A stretch of 64,000 nucleotides of DNA from Actinomycetes bacterium (GTDB lineage: Bacteria; Actinomycetota; Acidimicrobiia; Acidimicrobiales; SZUA-35): positions 16,364 through 80,363 of the forward strand of contig JAJRXF010000013.1 in the NCBI GenBank assembly GCA_024276425.1. Reading direction: 5' to 3'. The notes under the pieces are model-generated. The model was not told the DNA's origin, ran no database searches, and saw only the letters and a program-made list of their open reading frames with translations. Positions 46,342 through 55,279 of the stretch are shown here, piece after piece. Position numbers and translations under genes: made by a program. Position 1 is the stretch's first letter. Each line of letters begins with the position of its first letter.

Positions 46342-47222
46342 GCCAGCCCTGTGTGGTGATTGACCTGGGAGGCACTCACCTTCGGGCCGCCCTAGTTTCC
46401 TCGGAAGGAACGATTCTGCGGCGGCTTCAGAAGGAGACGCCCCACAACGAGCGACAACCCGAGACCCTGCTCCGACTCATGGAGTCGGTGGCCGAGGGCC
46501 ATTCAGTGCGCCAGGCGTCTATTGGGGTGCCTGGCGTCGTTGACTATGACGCAGAGCAACTGATCGCTGCCCCAAATTTGCCCCGAAGCTGGATCGAGTT
46601 CTTGACTGGGAGTTGGTTGGCATCTCGCTCCGGTATTCCCGTAGCAATGGCCAATGATGCCGATCTTGCCGCGGTGGGAGAAGCAAACTTTGGCGCGGGG
46701 CGCGGTCATCGAGATGTTGTCTACGTCACCATTTCGACCGGGGTCGGAGCAGGGATTGTGCTGGATCGTCGGCTGATGCGCGGACGCTACTCCGGCGGCG
46801 AAGTCGGCCACTCCATCGTTGACCGGTCCAAGGTTCTCCACGGAGAGGATGGCACGGTTGAAGGCCAGGGGTCTGGATCAGCCATTCGGCGAATGGCTGA
46901 TGCGACTGGACTTGGGGTCCATGGATCGGAGCTGGCCAATAGGGTACGAGCGGGCGAATCAGAGGCGGTTGAAATTTGGAACGGTGCCATTGATGCTGCG
47001 GCCTTCGGCGTCGTGAATCTTTGTTGGATGGTAACTCCTCAAATGATTGTTGTTGGAGGTGGGGTTGGCATGAATAGCGACATTGTTCTCCCCCTCATCG
47101 ACCAACGGGTTCGGGACCACGGGCCCTCGATCGGACCCATTCAGGTGGTTTCGGCCCAGCTTGGCGACGATGCCGCCCTGGCTGGTGGTGCTGCCTGGTG
47201 GAGAGCGATCGGTCGCGACTAG
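46338..47222 (+). CDS. ROK-family sugar kinase (probable glucokinase)
   Basis: '[15 protein letters not shown]', '[16 protein letters not shown]', '[14 protein letters not shown]' and 'GEVGHSIVD'. TTG start overlaps the zwf stop. Confidence 0.82.
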   Translation: MSQPCVVIDLGGTHLRAALVSSEGTILRRLQKETPHNERQPETLLRLMESVAEGHSVRQASIGVPGVVDYDAEQLIAAPNLPRSWIEFLTGSWLASRSGIPVAMANDADLAAVGEANFGAGRGHRDVVYVTISTGVGAGIVLDRRLMRGRYSGGEVGHSIVDRSKVLHGEDGTVEGQGSGSAIRRMADATGLGVHGSELANRVRAGESEAVEIWNGAIDAAAFGVVNLCWMVTPQMIVVGGGVGMNSDIVLPLIDQRVRDHGPSIGPIQVVSAQLGDDAALAGGAAWWRAIGRD

Positions 47223-47905
47223 TGGTCTCTCATCGGCTCGATGTTTTTCCTTCTGATCAATGGGTGCTCGAGGCGACCAATGTCTTTCAGCACTTCATCG
47301 AGGAGTCCTTGGCCGCACGAGACCGGTGCATCATTGGGGTAAGTGGAGGCTCGACCCCCGGCCCGGTTTTCGCCCAGTTGGCCAAGCGTAAGCTTGCCTG
47401 GAGTCGAATCATTCTGGTTCAGGTGGACGAGCGCGTCGCCTCGGTCGACTCTGGGGTTCGCAATTTGGTCGGCTTAGAATCTGCCTTTCGTGGCCTCCCT
47501 GTTCGGATTGTCGCTATGGCGGTCCAAGATGTCGACCATGGTGCTGGCCGCTTCTTGGCTGACCTTCAAACGGTTGCAGGCCGACCACCTGTTCTCGATA
47601 TTGTCCATCTCGGTCTCGGTGAAGACGGTCATACTGCATCCTTGGTTCCCGACGACCCCATCCTCCAAGTGGGGGATCGAGATGTGGCAGCAACCGACAC
47701 GTATCGGGGTTACCAACGCCTCTCCATGACCCGGCCGGTGCTGGAACGAGCACGCTTGGTATTGTGGCTCGTGCGAGGGGCGGACAAGGCTGGGTCTCTC
47801 CACCGTCTCCTGAGTGGCGATCAGTCCATCCCCGCGGGGGCGCTTCGGCCCATCCGGTCCGCTGTGCTGGCCGATAGTCCAGCGATGCTCGGACTTTGCC
47901 CCTAG
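47222..47905 (+). CDS. pgl: 6-phosphogluconolactonase (start GTG 47222 or ATG 47198)
   Basis: 'IGVSGGSTPGPVF', 'LVQVDERV' and 'VHLGLGEDGHTASLVP'. Confidence 0.88.
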   Translation: MVSHRLDVFPSDQWVLEATNVFQHFIEESLAARDRCIIGVSGGSTPGPVFAQLAKRKLAWSRIILVQVDERVASVDSGVRNLVGLESAFRGLPVRIVAMAVQDVDHGAGRFLADLQTVAGRPPVLDIVHLGLGEDGHTASLVPDDPILQVGDRDVAATDTYRGYQRLSMTRPVLERARLVLWLVRGADKAGSLHRLLSGDQSIPAGALRPIRSAVLADSPAMLGLCP

Positions 47906-47956
47906 TCTGGCGGAGTACCTTGGCGTAGCGCCAGTGCTTGAGGAAGGGACTCGAAT

Positions 47957-48481
47957 ATGAAGGTCATCGTTGCCACGGACGGCTCGCTGGACCCAGCTAA
48001 GGCGGCGGGCTTAGCCGCAACTCTGGCTGGCCCTGAGGGTGAGGTCCTAATCCTCACCGTGGTTGAGATCCCGCGCCAACTACTAGAGGCGATTCGTGAG
48101 GCCAGCGGGATCGATGATGGCACCAAGCTCACGAACGTGAACCCGGCCAACATTGAGTACGCCACCCAGGGGGGTGACCCTGTTCCCAAATCCGGCTGGA
48201 TTGGGGATGATGCCATCATTGCTCGCTATGTCGAGGATCAACGGTCCGCCCGCACAAACTCCATGGCGGCGGCCATTTCTGAGGCCGGGGTCCGCAATGT
48301 TCGCACGATGTGCCGAGACTCCGAGAATGTGGTCAATGAGATCCTAAAAGTAGCCAAGGAAGAGGGAACCGACGTGTTGTGTATCGGCACGCTTGGCCTT
48401 GGTAGGTTTGAGGGTTTGATGGGGTCTATCTCGACCAAACTTGCTCGGCGCGCCCCAATTCCGGTTCTGCTCGTTCGCTAG
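47957..48481 (+). CDS. Universal stress protein family
   Basis: 'MKVIVATDGS' and the C-terminal 'LCIGTLGLGRFEGLMGSISTKLARRAPIPVLLV' USP ATP-binding-type motif. Confidence 0.85.
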   Translation: MKVIVATDGSLDPAKAAGLAATLAGPEGEVLILTVVEIPRQLLEAIREASGIDDGTKLTNVNPANIEYATQGGDPVPKSGWIGDDAIIARYVEDQRSARTNSMAAAISEAGVRNVRTMCRDSENVVNEILKVAKEEGTDVLCIGTLGLGRFEGLMGSISTKLARRAPIPVLLVR

Positions 48482-48508
48482 CGGGGTCCTGGCCCCTAGT
48501 CTGATGAG

Positions 48509-49921
48509 GTGAAGAAGCGGTATCTCCTACGCACCTACGGGTGTCAGATGAATGAGCATGATTCCGAACGCATCGCTGGCCTTCTTGACTCTGAGGGATA
48601 CGCGGCGACGGACAACGAGGCCGAGGCCGATGTTGTTGTGCTCAATACCTGCTGTATCCGAGAGAATGCTGACAACAAACTCTATGGGGCCCTCGGCAAT
48701 CTGAAAGCCTTGAAGGCCTCCAAGCCCGATCTTCAGATCGTTGTCGGAGGGTGCCTGGCTCAGAAGGATCGCGAACTCATTCAACGCAAGGCTGGCCATG
48801 TTGATGTCGTTTTCGGCACCCACAATGTCCACCGCGCCACTGAGTTGATGGAGGCCGCGCGCGTCGGCGGACCCGTCTCGGAGTTCTACGAAGAGGCGGC
48901 GATGGATGAAGCCGAGGCTTTCCCCTCCGCTCTTCCGGCCAAGCGGCGGACCGACTTTGCTGCCTGGTTGACCATCCAAATTGGTTGCGACAACAACTGT
49001 GCCTTTTGTATCGTCCCCTCCGTTCGAGGCCGCGAGATCAGCCGACCAATGGACGACATTGTGGCCGAGGCCGAGCTATTGGCCAGTCAGGGCGTGGTGG
49101 AAATTACCCTGCTCGGTCAAAACGTCAACTCCTACGGTCGAGACCTAGCGGTAGCGGCCAGAGGAGCTGGAGAGGATGTTCGGCTAAGGCCAATGTTTGC
49201 CGAGCTGCTAAGAAAGGTTGGTGCACTGGAGGGCATCCGGCGGGTGCGTTACACCAGTCCTCATCCAAAGGACATGACACCGGACGTCTATGAGGCCATG
49301 GCTCAAACCCCGGCCGTGGTGCCCCATCTCCATTTCCCACTGCAATCGGGATCGGATCGGGTGCTGGCACTCATGCATCGTGGCTACACCGGGGAGCGCT
49401 ACCTGGAGAAACTGGCAAAGGCTCGAAGCATCATCGAAGATGTTGCCATCACCACCGACATCATCGTCGGGTTCCCAGGCGAAACCGAAGAAGACTTTGT
49501 TCGTACGCTAGAGGTAGCGGCCGCGGCGGAGTTCGACAACGCTTACACCTTCGTGTTTTCGCCTAGACCAGGAACCGAAGCCGCCGAGATGGGCGAGATG
49601 TTCTGCGACCCTGAGGAGGTCAAGGACCGCTACGCCCGCCTCCGAACGGTGATCGAGCGTTCAGCCTTGGCCAAATCCCAGGCCAGGGTTGGCCGCATCG
49701 AGGAGGTCGTTGTCGAAGGACCATCAAAGAAGGATCCGGTGGTGCTCACCGGACGGACCGCGCAAAACAAGCTCATTCACTTTGCGTCTGCTCCCTTGCG
49801 AGTTGGCACCTTCGCCGACGTCCAGGTCACTGAGGGGCGAACCCAATACCTCCTTGGAGACCTCGTCGAGGTGACGGCGAAGGCCTCCCACCGAACCCGT
49901 ATTCCGGTTTCGTCAATCTAG
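48509..49921 (+). CDS. miaB: tRNA-2-methylthio-N6-dimethylallyladenosine synthase
   Basis: 'YLLRTYGCQMNEHDSERIAG', radical-SAM 'GCDNNCAFCIVP', and a C-terminal TRAM domain. Confidence 0.94.
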   Translation: MKKRYLLRTYGCQMNEHDSERIAGLLDSEGYAATDNEAEADVVVLNTCCIRENADNKLYGALGNLKALKASKPDLQIVVGGCLAQKDRELIQRKAGHVDVVFGTHNVHRATELMEAARVGGPVSEFYEEAAMDEAEAFPSALPAKRRTDFAAWLTIQIGCDNNCAFCIVPSVRGREISRPMDDIVAEAELLASQGVVEITLLGQNVNSYGRDLAVAARGAGEDVRLRPMFAELLRKVGALEGIRRVRYTSPHPKDMTPDVYEAMAQTPAVVPHLHFPLQSGSDRVLALMHRGYTGERYLEKLAKARSIIEDVAITTDIIVGFPGETEEDFVRTLEVAAAAEFDNAYTFVFSPRPGTEAAEMGEMFCDPEEVKDRYARLRTVIERSALAKSQARVGRIEEVVVEGPSKKDPVVLTGRTAQNKLIHFASAPLRVGTFADVQVTEGRTQYLLGDLVEVTAKASHRTRIPVSSI

Positions 49922-50004
49922 TGAGCGGCCAACGGCACCGAGTTGCTTTCCTTGTCGCGAAAGCGACCCACGAACGGGTCGAAAACGCGACACGGAAGGC
50001 GGCT

Positions 50005-50068
50005 GGCTGCCGGTTCGGGGTGGGCGTTTTGGGTTCGGCGGACCGGGCGGCTGCCGGTTCGGGGTGGG
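50005..50068 (+). repeat. 20-bp direct repeat (two perfect copies, 44-bp period) between the convergent miaB and GNAT genes
   Basis: ggctgccggttcggggtggg occurs at 50005-50024 and 50049-50068. Confidence 0.9.
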
Positions 50069-50075
50069 TGCGAGG

Positions 50076-50513
50076 CTAGCTGAGCTCGATGCCGCTGATC
50101 TGTAGGTAGGCGGCGAGACCCGGTGTCTTGAGCTCTGCCACGTTTGAGTAGCCAAGGCCTTGGTAAAACTCTCCCATCTTGGGCTCATCGTCGGTCACCA
50201 CAACCTTTTGGCGTACCTCACTGAACCTCTCCAGACACACCCGAACCAGATAGTGCCCGACACCGCGCCTCTGGCTGACTGGCCGAACCAGCACATCTTG
50301 GAGGTACATCACCGACACCTCATCACTGAGGCAGCGAGCCATGCCTACTAGCTCGCCCTCGTCGTTGCGCGCCGTCACCACATAGGTGGAACGATCGACG
50401 GCTCGGGCTAGCGCATCCGGATCAGCGGCATAGATTAGCCATCCAACCGACTCATACAGTTCGACAAGTTCCTTGATAGGGACGACCTCGTCATCCGCGT
50501 AGATAATGGCCAT
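50076..50513 (-). CDS. GNAT-family N-acetyltransferase
   Basis: 145 aa. Acetyl-CoA motif A 'VLVRPVSQRRGVGHYLV'. Confidence 0.85.
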   Translation of the reverse strand: MAIIYADDEVVPIKELVELYESVGWLIYAADPDALARAVDRSTYVVTARNDEGELVGMARCLSDEVSVMYLQDVLVRPVSQRRGVGHYLVRVCLERFSEVRQKVVVTDDEPKMGEFYQGLGYSNVAELKTPGLAAYLQISGIELS

Positions 50514-50522
50514 GCCCAGATG

Positions 50523-51383
50523 CTAGGAGGTTGCTGGCACGAGCCGGTGAAGAAGTTCCTCGGTGTTGGGGTGGGGGAGTGCATTGCTTCGTCGAATACC
50601 AATGAGTTGGCGGGAGAACAGATTCTGCGATGTCGCTCGTCTTAGAGGGTGAGGGCCAGTCTCGGCTTGGATGACCGGTAGAACAGTCCACCCCAGTCCC
50701 AGTCGAACCATCTCACAAAGAACCTCGGGCTGATTAGACTCGGCCACAACGGGGTAGGGGGAACCAAGACGTTCCAGGTGCTGTTCGATCTGTGCTCGGG
50801 TGTGCGAGGTCTGGGGAAAACCAACCCACGGTCCCCACGAAGTGGGCGGACCGCCCTCGAGTTGACCGGGTCGGTACACGGCCATTGGATCATCGAGCAG
50901 TACAACGAAGGAAAGATCGCTTGGTCGGACGAAGGGTCGGACTATGACCGCAAAGTCCAAACGGTTTCGCTGTACCTGATCGAGCAGTTGACCTGATGGT
51001 GCGACACTAAGGCGAAGGTCGATCTGGGGGAAGTCGGCCCGGAACTGCCGCAATGCATCGGAGAAGTAGTGCAGGGCCGCCGCATCAATCATGCCGAGCC
51101 GAAGCTGGCCGGTCCCGGCACTTGATTGTTGTTGAATCCAGCGTCCGAGGTCGCCGGTTTGAGCAATTACTGTCCTGGCATAGTCCAGCACGGGAGCTGC
51201 GGCCGGCGCCAGTACCCGGCGCCTCCCCGTGCGTTCGAACAGTGGAAGTTTCAGCCTGCGTTCAAGTTCGGCGATCCCCTGGCTCAGGGCGGAAGGGGAA
51301 ACACCAAGACGTTCTGCGGCAACCGCCCAAGTTGGAGAGTCCGATATGGCAACGAGATAGTCCAGTTGCTGAATGGTGACCAT
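50523..51383 (-). CDS. LysR-family transcriptional regulator (start taken at ATG 51383)
   Basis: 'MVTIQQLDYLVAISDSPTWAVAAERLGVSPSALSQGIAELERRLKLPLFER' is the LTTR wHTH. The C-terminal part is a substrate-binding domain. Confidence 0.88.
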   Translation of the reverse strand: MVTIQQLDYLVAISDSPTWAVAAERLGVSPSALSQGIAELERRLKLPLFERTGRRRVLAPAAAPVLDYARTVIAQTGDLGRWIQQQSSAGTGQLRLGMIDAAALHYFSDALRQFRADFPQIDLRLSVAPSGQLLDQVQRNRLDFAVIVRPFVRPSDLSFVVLLDDPMAVYRPGQLEGGPPTSWGPWVGFPQTSHTRAQIEQHLERLGSPYPVVAESNQPEVLCEMVRLGLGWTVLPVIQAETGPHPLRRATSQNLFSRQLIGIRRSNALPHPNTEELLHRLVPATS

Positions 51384-51453
51384 GGGAAGGCTAGCCGCTC
51401 GCATTCGGCCAGAGCCGGGCATTCTGGGTGACGTCAACGAGGGTGCAGGTGTC

Positions 51454-51468
51454 ATAATTGTTAAGTAT
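51454..51468. promoter_or_regulatory. Candidate LTTR box (ATA-N9-TAT) in the AT-rich divergent LysR/ino1 promoter region
   Basis: ATAATTGTTAAGTAT fits the T-N11-A dyad. It lies in the only markedly AT-rich stretch of the window (about 51447-51516). Confidence 0.3.
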
Positions 51469-51516
51469 GACTGAAGTAATTGCCCTTATTGTGTCGTCTT
51501 AATTTATTGTTGCCAG

Positions 51517-52821
51517 ATGGCTGAACCAATGAATATCGCTCCGGCAACCGGCAAACTCGGAATCTTGACGCCGGGGCTTGGCGCCGTAGCATCGACCTTC
51601 ATCGCTGGGGTGCTTGCCGCCCGGGCTGAGGGAAGGCCACCTCTTGGTTCGGTGAGCCAGAACGCCCACATCCGAATCGGCAAGCGAGAAGACAACAACA
51701 ACCCGCTCATTCGCGACTTCGCCCCAATAGCGGCCCTAGAAGACCTGGTTTTTGGTGGATGGGATCCGATTTCGGCCAATGCGCTAGAGGCCGCCCGGAC
51801 GGCTGGGGTGTTGCAGGAAAGTGATATCGGTCCCATTTCGGGTGAAATGGAGGGGGTCGTGACCATGGATGCCGTTTTTGACAAGCGCTGGGTTAGCCGC
51901 CTGGATGGAACCAGGGTCAAGAAGATCGTCAACAAGTACGACCAGGCTCTGGCCTTAATCGAAGACATCGAAAAGTTCCGGATCGACAATGACTGTGATC
52001 GATTGGTCATGGTCTGGTGTGGTTCGACCGAGGCCTACCAGCAGCCAAGCGCAGTTCATGAAACAGTTGCGGCGTTCGAACAGGGAATGAAGGACAACAA
52101 CGACAACATTTCGCCGAGTCAGCTCTATGTGTACGCGGCGCTTCAGTCCGGTGTGCCTTTCGCCAACGGCGCCCCCAACCTTTCGACCGACCTGCCATGC
52201 ATGATCGAATTGTCCAAGACCCGCGGGGTGCCGATTGCAGGCAAGGATTTCAAAACCGGCCAGACGCTGATCAAGACCATCATCGCGCCGGGCCTTAAAG
52301 CCAGGATGCTTGGGCTTCGCGGTTGGTTCTCGACCAACATCTTGGGGAACCGCGATGGCGAGGTTCTTGATGCCCCCGAGAACTTCAAGACCAAGGAAGA
52401 GTCCAAACTTGGGGTGCTGCATACCATTCTGCAACCCGATACCTATCCGGATCTGTACGGCAATATTGATCACGTTGTGCGAATCAACTACTACCCGCCC
52501 CGCGGTGACAACAAAGAGGGTTGGGACAATATCGACATCTTCGGCTGGATGGGGTACCCCATGCAGATCAAGATTGATTTCCTCTGTCGTGACTCCATCT
52601 TGGCCGCCCCTATTGTCTTGGATCTGGCACTATTCATGGACCTTGCCTCACGGGCTGGTCAGTCTGGCGTACAGGAGTGGTTGAGCTTCTATCTCAAGGC
52701 CCCCCAGGCCGCGGGAGAGTCCGACCCCGAACAAGACCTGTTCATCCAGCAAACCAAGTTCAAGAACACATTGCGAGAGTGGATGGGTGAGGAGCCAGTG
52801 ACCCACAGCGAGGCTGGCTAG
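51517..52821 (+). CDS. ino1: myo-inositol-1-phosphate (inositol-3-phosphate) synthase
   Basis: 434 aa. 'GILTPGLGAVASTFIAG', 'FGGWD', 'FANGAPNLS' and 'AGKDFKTGQTLIKTIIAPGLKARMLGLRGWFSTNILGNRDG' match the bacterial/archaeal MIPS family as I recall it. Confidence 0.85.
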   Translation: MAEPMNIAPATGKLGILTPGLGAVASTFIAGVLAARAEGRPPLGSVSQNAHIRIGKREDNNNPLIRDFAPIAALEDLVFGGWDPISANALEAARTAGVLQESDIGPISGEMEGVVTMDAVFDKRWVSRLDGTRVKKIVNKYDQALALIEDIEKFRIDNDCDRLVMVWCGSTEAYQQPSAVHETVAAFEQGMKDNNDNISPSQLYVYAALQSGVPFANGAPNLSTDLPCMIELSKTRGVPIAGKDFKTGQTLIKTIIAPGLKARMLGLRGWFSTNILGNRDGEVLDAPENFKTKEESKLGVLHTILQPDTYPDLYGNIDHVVRINYYPPRGDNKEGWDNIDIFGWMGYPMQIKIDFLCRDSILAAPIVLDLALFMDLASRAGQSGVQEWLSFYLKAPQAAGESDPEQDLFIQQTKFKNTLREWMGEEPVTHSEAG

Positions 52822-52941
52822 GTGGTCGATTTCCTTCGATCTCGAAGAAGAGCTTAGTGGGCTCGATTTCGCGGTCTGCAGTGGAGTGACTATGGTCGCG
52901 ACTCCGGGAAGATCTGCGAGATCCTGAGGCTAAGGAGATCT

Positions 52942-53712
52942 GTGAGTGATTCGGCGATCCGATCCGGAGTCGAGCAGGCTCTGTTGGCTCGCACCTGGCT
53001 CCTGATACCAAGCTTTCTTATCGGCCCCGAAGTCTGGCGAGGCGTGGCCGAGATTTTGGAGATGCTAGGGCAAACAGCCATCATTCCAAGCCCTGGGCGG
53101 ACCAAGCCCGACGATTCCGATCATCTGGAACCTTGGCTTTGCGATGTGCTTGACTCGCTGCCAGACGACCTCAACGGGCCACTTGTTGTCTGTGGCTATT
53201 CGGCGACCACGCCGCGGTTGCCCATGGTTGCCGATGCGTTGATAGCCAGTGGGTTCGAGGTGACAGCAGTTTTGATGGTGAATGGTCGTATCCCTGAAGA
53301 TGGGGTGAGCCCGACCGAACGCGATTCGCCCTTCATGGACACCCTCGATGCTCTGGTTCGACCCGATGACTACTTGCCCCCTTGGCACCGGTGGTGGGGT
53401 TCGATGGTTGAGGATATGCTTCCCGATGACGAACAGCGTCAACGCATCTTTAGTGAATGTAAGCCGGTACCCCGATCCGTTTTTGATCAGCCGATCCCTG
53501 CTCCAGAGCTACCCAATTCGGTGGGGTTGGGGTTTCTTGGCCTCGGTGATATGTATCGGCCCTCCTATGACCATGCTGTGGGGGAGGGGTGGGCGGCAAC
53601 CAGGGTTGATGGGGAGCACCTCGACCTCGTGGTTCAGCCAGTTCTTGTCGCCGGTGCCATGCTCTCCCTTTGCCGCCGCGCCGAATCCCTCACTCCCCGG
53701 CCGGTCCTCTAG
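52942..53712 (+). CDS. Hypothetical protein, possibly alpha/beta-hydrolase fold
   Basis: 'LVVCGYSATTP' resembles a GxSxG nucleophile elbow, and the C-terminal 'VDGEHLDLVVQP' resembles the catalytic-His block. The similarity is weak. GTG start. Confidence 0.45.
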   Translation: MSDSAIRSGVEQALLARTWLLIPSFLIGPEVWRGVAEILEMLGQTAIIPSPGRTKPDDSDHLEPWLCDVLDSLPDDLNGPLVVCGYSATTPRLPMVADALIASGFEVTAVLMVNGRIPEDGVSPTERDSPFMDTLDALVRPDDYLPPWHRWWGSMVEDMLPDDEQRQRIFSECKPVPRSVFDQPIPAPELPNSVGLGFLGLGDMYRPSYDHAVGEGWAATRVDGEHLDLVVQPVLVAGAMLSLCRRAESLTPRPVL

Positions 53713-53789
53713 TTCGATTCGACAACTAGGAATCACCGGTCAATTAGGCTTCACAGTGTGAAAGCTTCCCAGATGATCGGCCAAGACCG

Positions 53790-54353
53790 GTGATACCCGG
53801 GGGTCTGCCCACCTGGCTTGTTCATTCTTCGGATCGAGCCGGAATTGCGGCCAGCCGGCCCGATCTTCATGGTCAGGTTCGGGGGTTGGCCAAGGGTCTT
53901 GGTCAAACACTTCGTGACATTCACGCCATCGGTCCCGAGTCGATTCGAGGGTTGCCGGCTGAATTTGGATGGTCAGCGGTGGCGGCTCAGATCGATCGTG
54001 CTCTAGAGGCTGGAAAGGTCCTGCCTTCGTCACTTCCAGACCCCTATTGTCGCTATGGGGTCAAGCAGCTTCATGCGATCTGGGTCCAAGGGCGGCCGGA
54101 TGCCGAGAACCTTGTGCTTTGTCACGGCAAGCCACTTCTCTCTTACTTCTTCTTCGACGGCGAGGACTTCGTCGGTACTGATCACCTTGAGAGCTTCATC
54201 GTTGCCGACCAGCACCTCGACCTTGCAATCATGCAGCGGGAAATCCACCAGATCTTGGGAGCAGAAGCGGTTTTTGAGTTCTACGAGGCCTATGAATCCG
54301 ACCCAGACCTTGTGCGTATTGACCACTACCTGCTCGGGAGCTTTCTGCGATGA
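53790..54353 (+). CDS. Truncated, catalytically degenerate aminoglycoside-phosphotransferase-like (APH/kinase C-lobe only) protein
   Basis: 'VLCHGKPLLSYFFFDGEDFVGTDHLESFIVADQHLDLAIM' aligns by eye with APH '[40 protein letters not shown]'. HGD is replaced by HGK. An in-frame stop at 53745 excludes an N-lobe. ATGA overlap with miaA. Confidence 0.55.
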   Translation: MIPGGLPTWLVHSSDRAGIAASRPDLHGQVRGLAKGLGQTLRDIHAIGPESIRGLPAEFGWSAVAAQIDRALEAGKVLPSSLPDPYCRYGVKQLHAIWVQGRPDAENLVLCHGKPLLSYFFFDGEDFVGTDHLESFIVADQHLDLAIMQREIHQILGAEAVFEFYEAYESDPDLVRIDHYLLGSFLR

Positions 54354-55264
54354 GTCGACCTCATCTGGTCATTGTCGGGCCAACGGCAACCGGAAAATCC
54401 TCCCTTGCCCTGGCGTTGGCCCGGCGTTTCGAGGGAATCCAGATCATCTCTGCGGACTCTATGTCGGTGTATCGCGGTATGGATATCGGAACAGCCAAAA
54501 CACCAGTGGATCAACGCCAAGACGTTCCTCACCATCTTCTCGACATTGTTCCCCCATCTCATGAGTTCACGGTAAGTCAGTTTCGTGCTCGGGCAGCCGA
54601 GGTGTTGGACAAATTGGACCAAGCGGGGGAGCAGGCGATATTGGTGGGAGGGACCGGACTTTATGTGCGGTCCGTCGTCGACAACTTCACCATGCCTGGT
54701 CAGTATCCCAAGGTCGTTGCCTCACTAGAAGCCGAAGCGGACACGGCACTTTTGTGGAGAAGACTCCATGCTGTAGATCCACGAGCGGCCTCCAAGATGG
54801 AACCGACGAATCGTCGCCGGATCCTTCGTGCGCTTGAAGTTTGCCTTGGTTCGGGGCGACCTTTTTCGTCGTTTGGTCCGGGGGTCGATGCGTACCCACC
54901 GACTCGGTTTGCTCTGGTTGGTTTGGAGATCGATCGGGGGCACATGGACGCTCGAATCGAATCGCGTTACGCCCAGCAAATGAAGCAAGGTTTTCTTGAG
55001 GAAGTCCGGCGCCTTCGGGAACTGCCCAACCCGATGGGGCGGACCGCGAGCCAGGCGCTGGGGTATCGGGAGCTACTAGCCCATCTTGATGGCGAATGCA
55101 GCCTTGGTGAGGCGCTCCTTGAAGCGAATCGGCGGACGAAGAAGTTTGCCCGTCGCCAACAGCGCTGGTTCCGTCGGGATCCTCGAATCCGGTGGTTCCA
55201 AGCGGAGGACATCGATCTTGTTGATCAGGTCGCAAACTGGTGGGGAGAACGAGCCGATTCGTGA
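54350..55264 (+). CDS. miaA: tRNA dimethylallyltransferase
   Basis: P-loop 'IVGPTATGKSSLAL', plus 'ISADSMSVYRGMDIGTAK' and 'GGTGLY'. Confidence 0.94.
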   Translation: MSRPHLVIVGPTATGKSSLALALARRFEGIQIISADSMSVYRGMDIGTAKTPVDQRQDVPHHLLDIVPPSHEFTVSQFRARAAEVLDKLDQAGEQAILVGGTGLYVRSVVDNFTMPGQYPKVVASLEAEADTALLWRRLHAVDPRAASKMEPTNRRRILRALEVCLGSGRPFSSFGPGVDAYPPTRFALVGLEIDRGHMDARIESRYAQQMKQGFLEEVRRLRELPNPMGRTASQALGYRELLAHLDGECSLGEALLEANRRTKKFARRQQRWFRRDPRIRWFQAEDIDLVDQVANWWGERADS

Positions 55265-55279
55265 GAGAATGAAGCCACT

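Noticed and set aside
50076-51383. The LysR + GNAT pair, considered as a GNAT-toxin/antitoxin-like module.
   Set aside because: GNAT toxins pair with small RHH/HTH antitoxins, not a full-length 286-aa LTTR. The GNAT shows only the generic acetyl-CoA motif.
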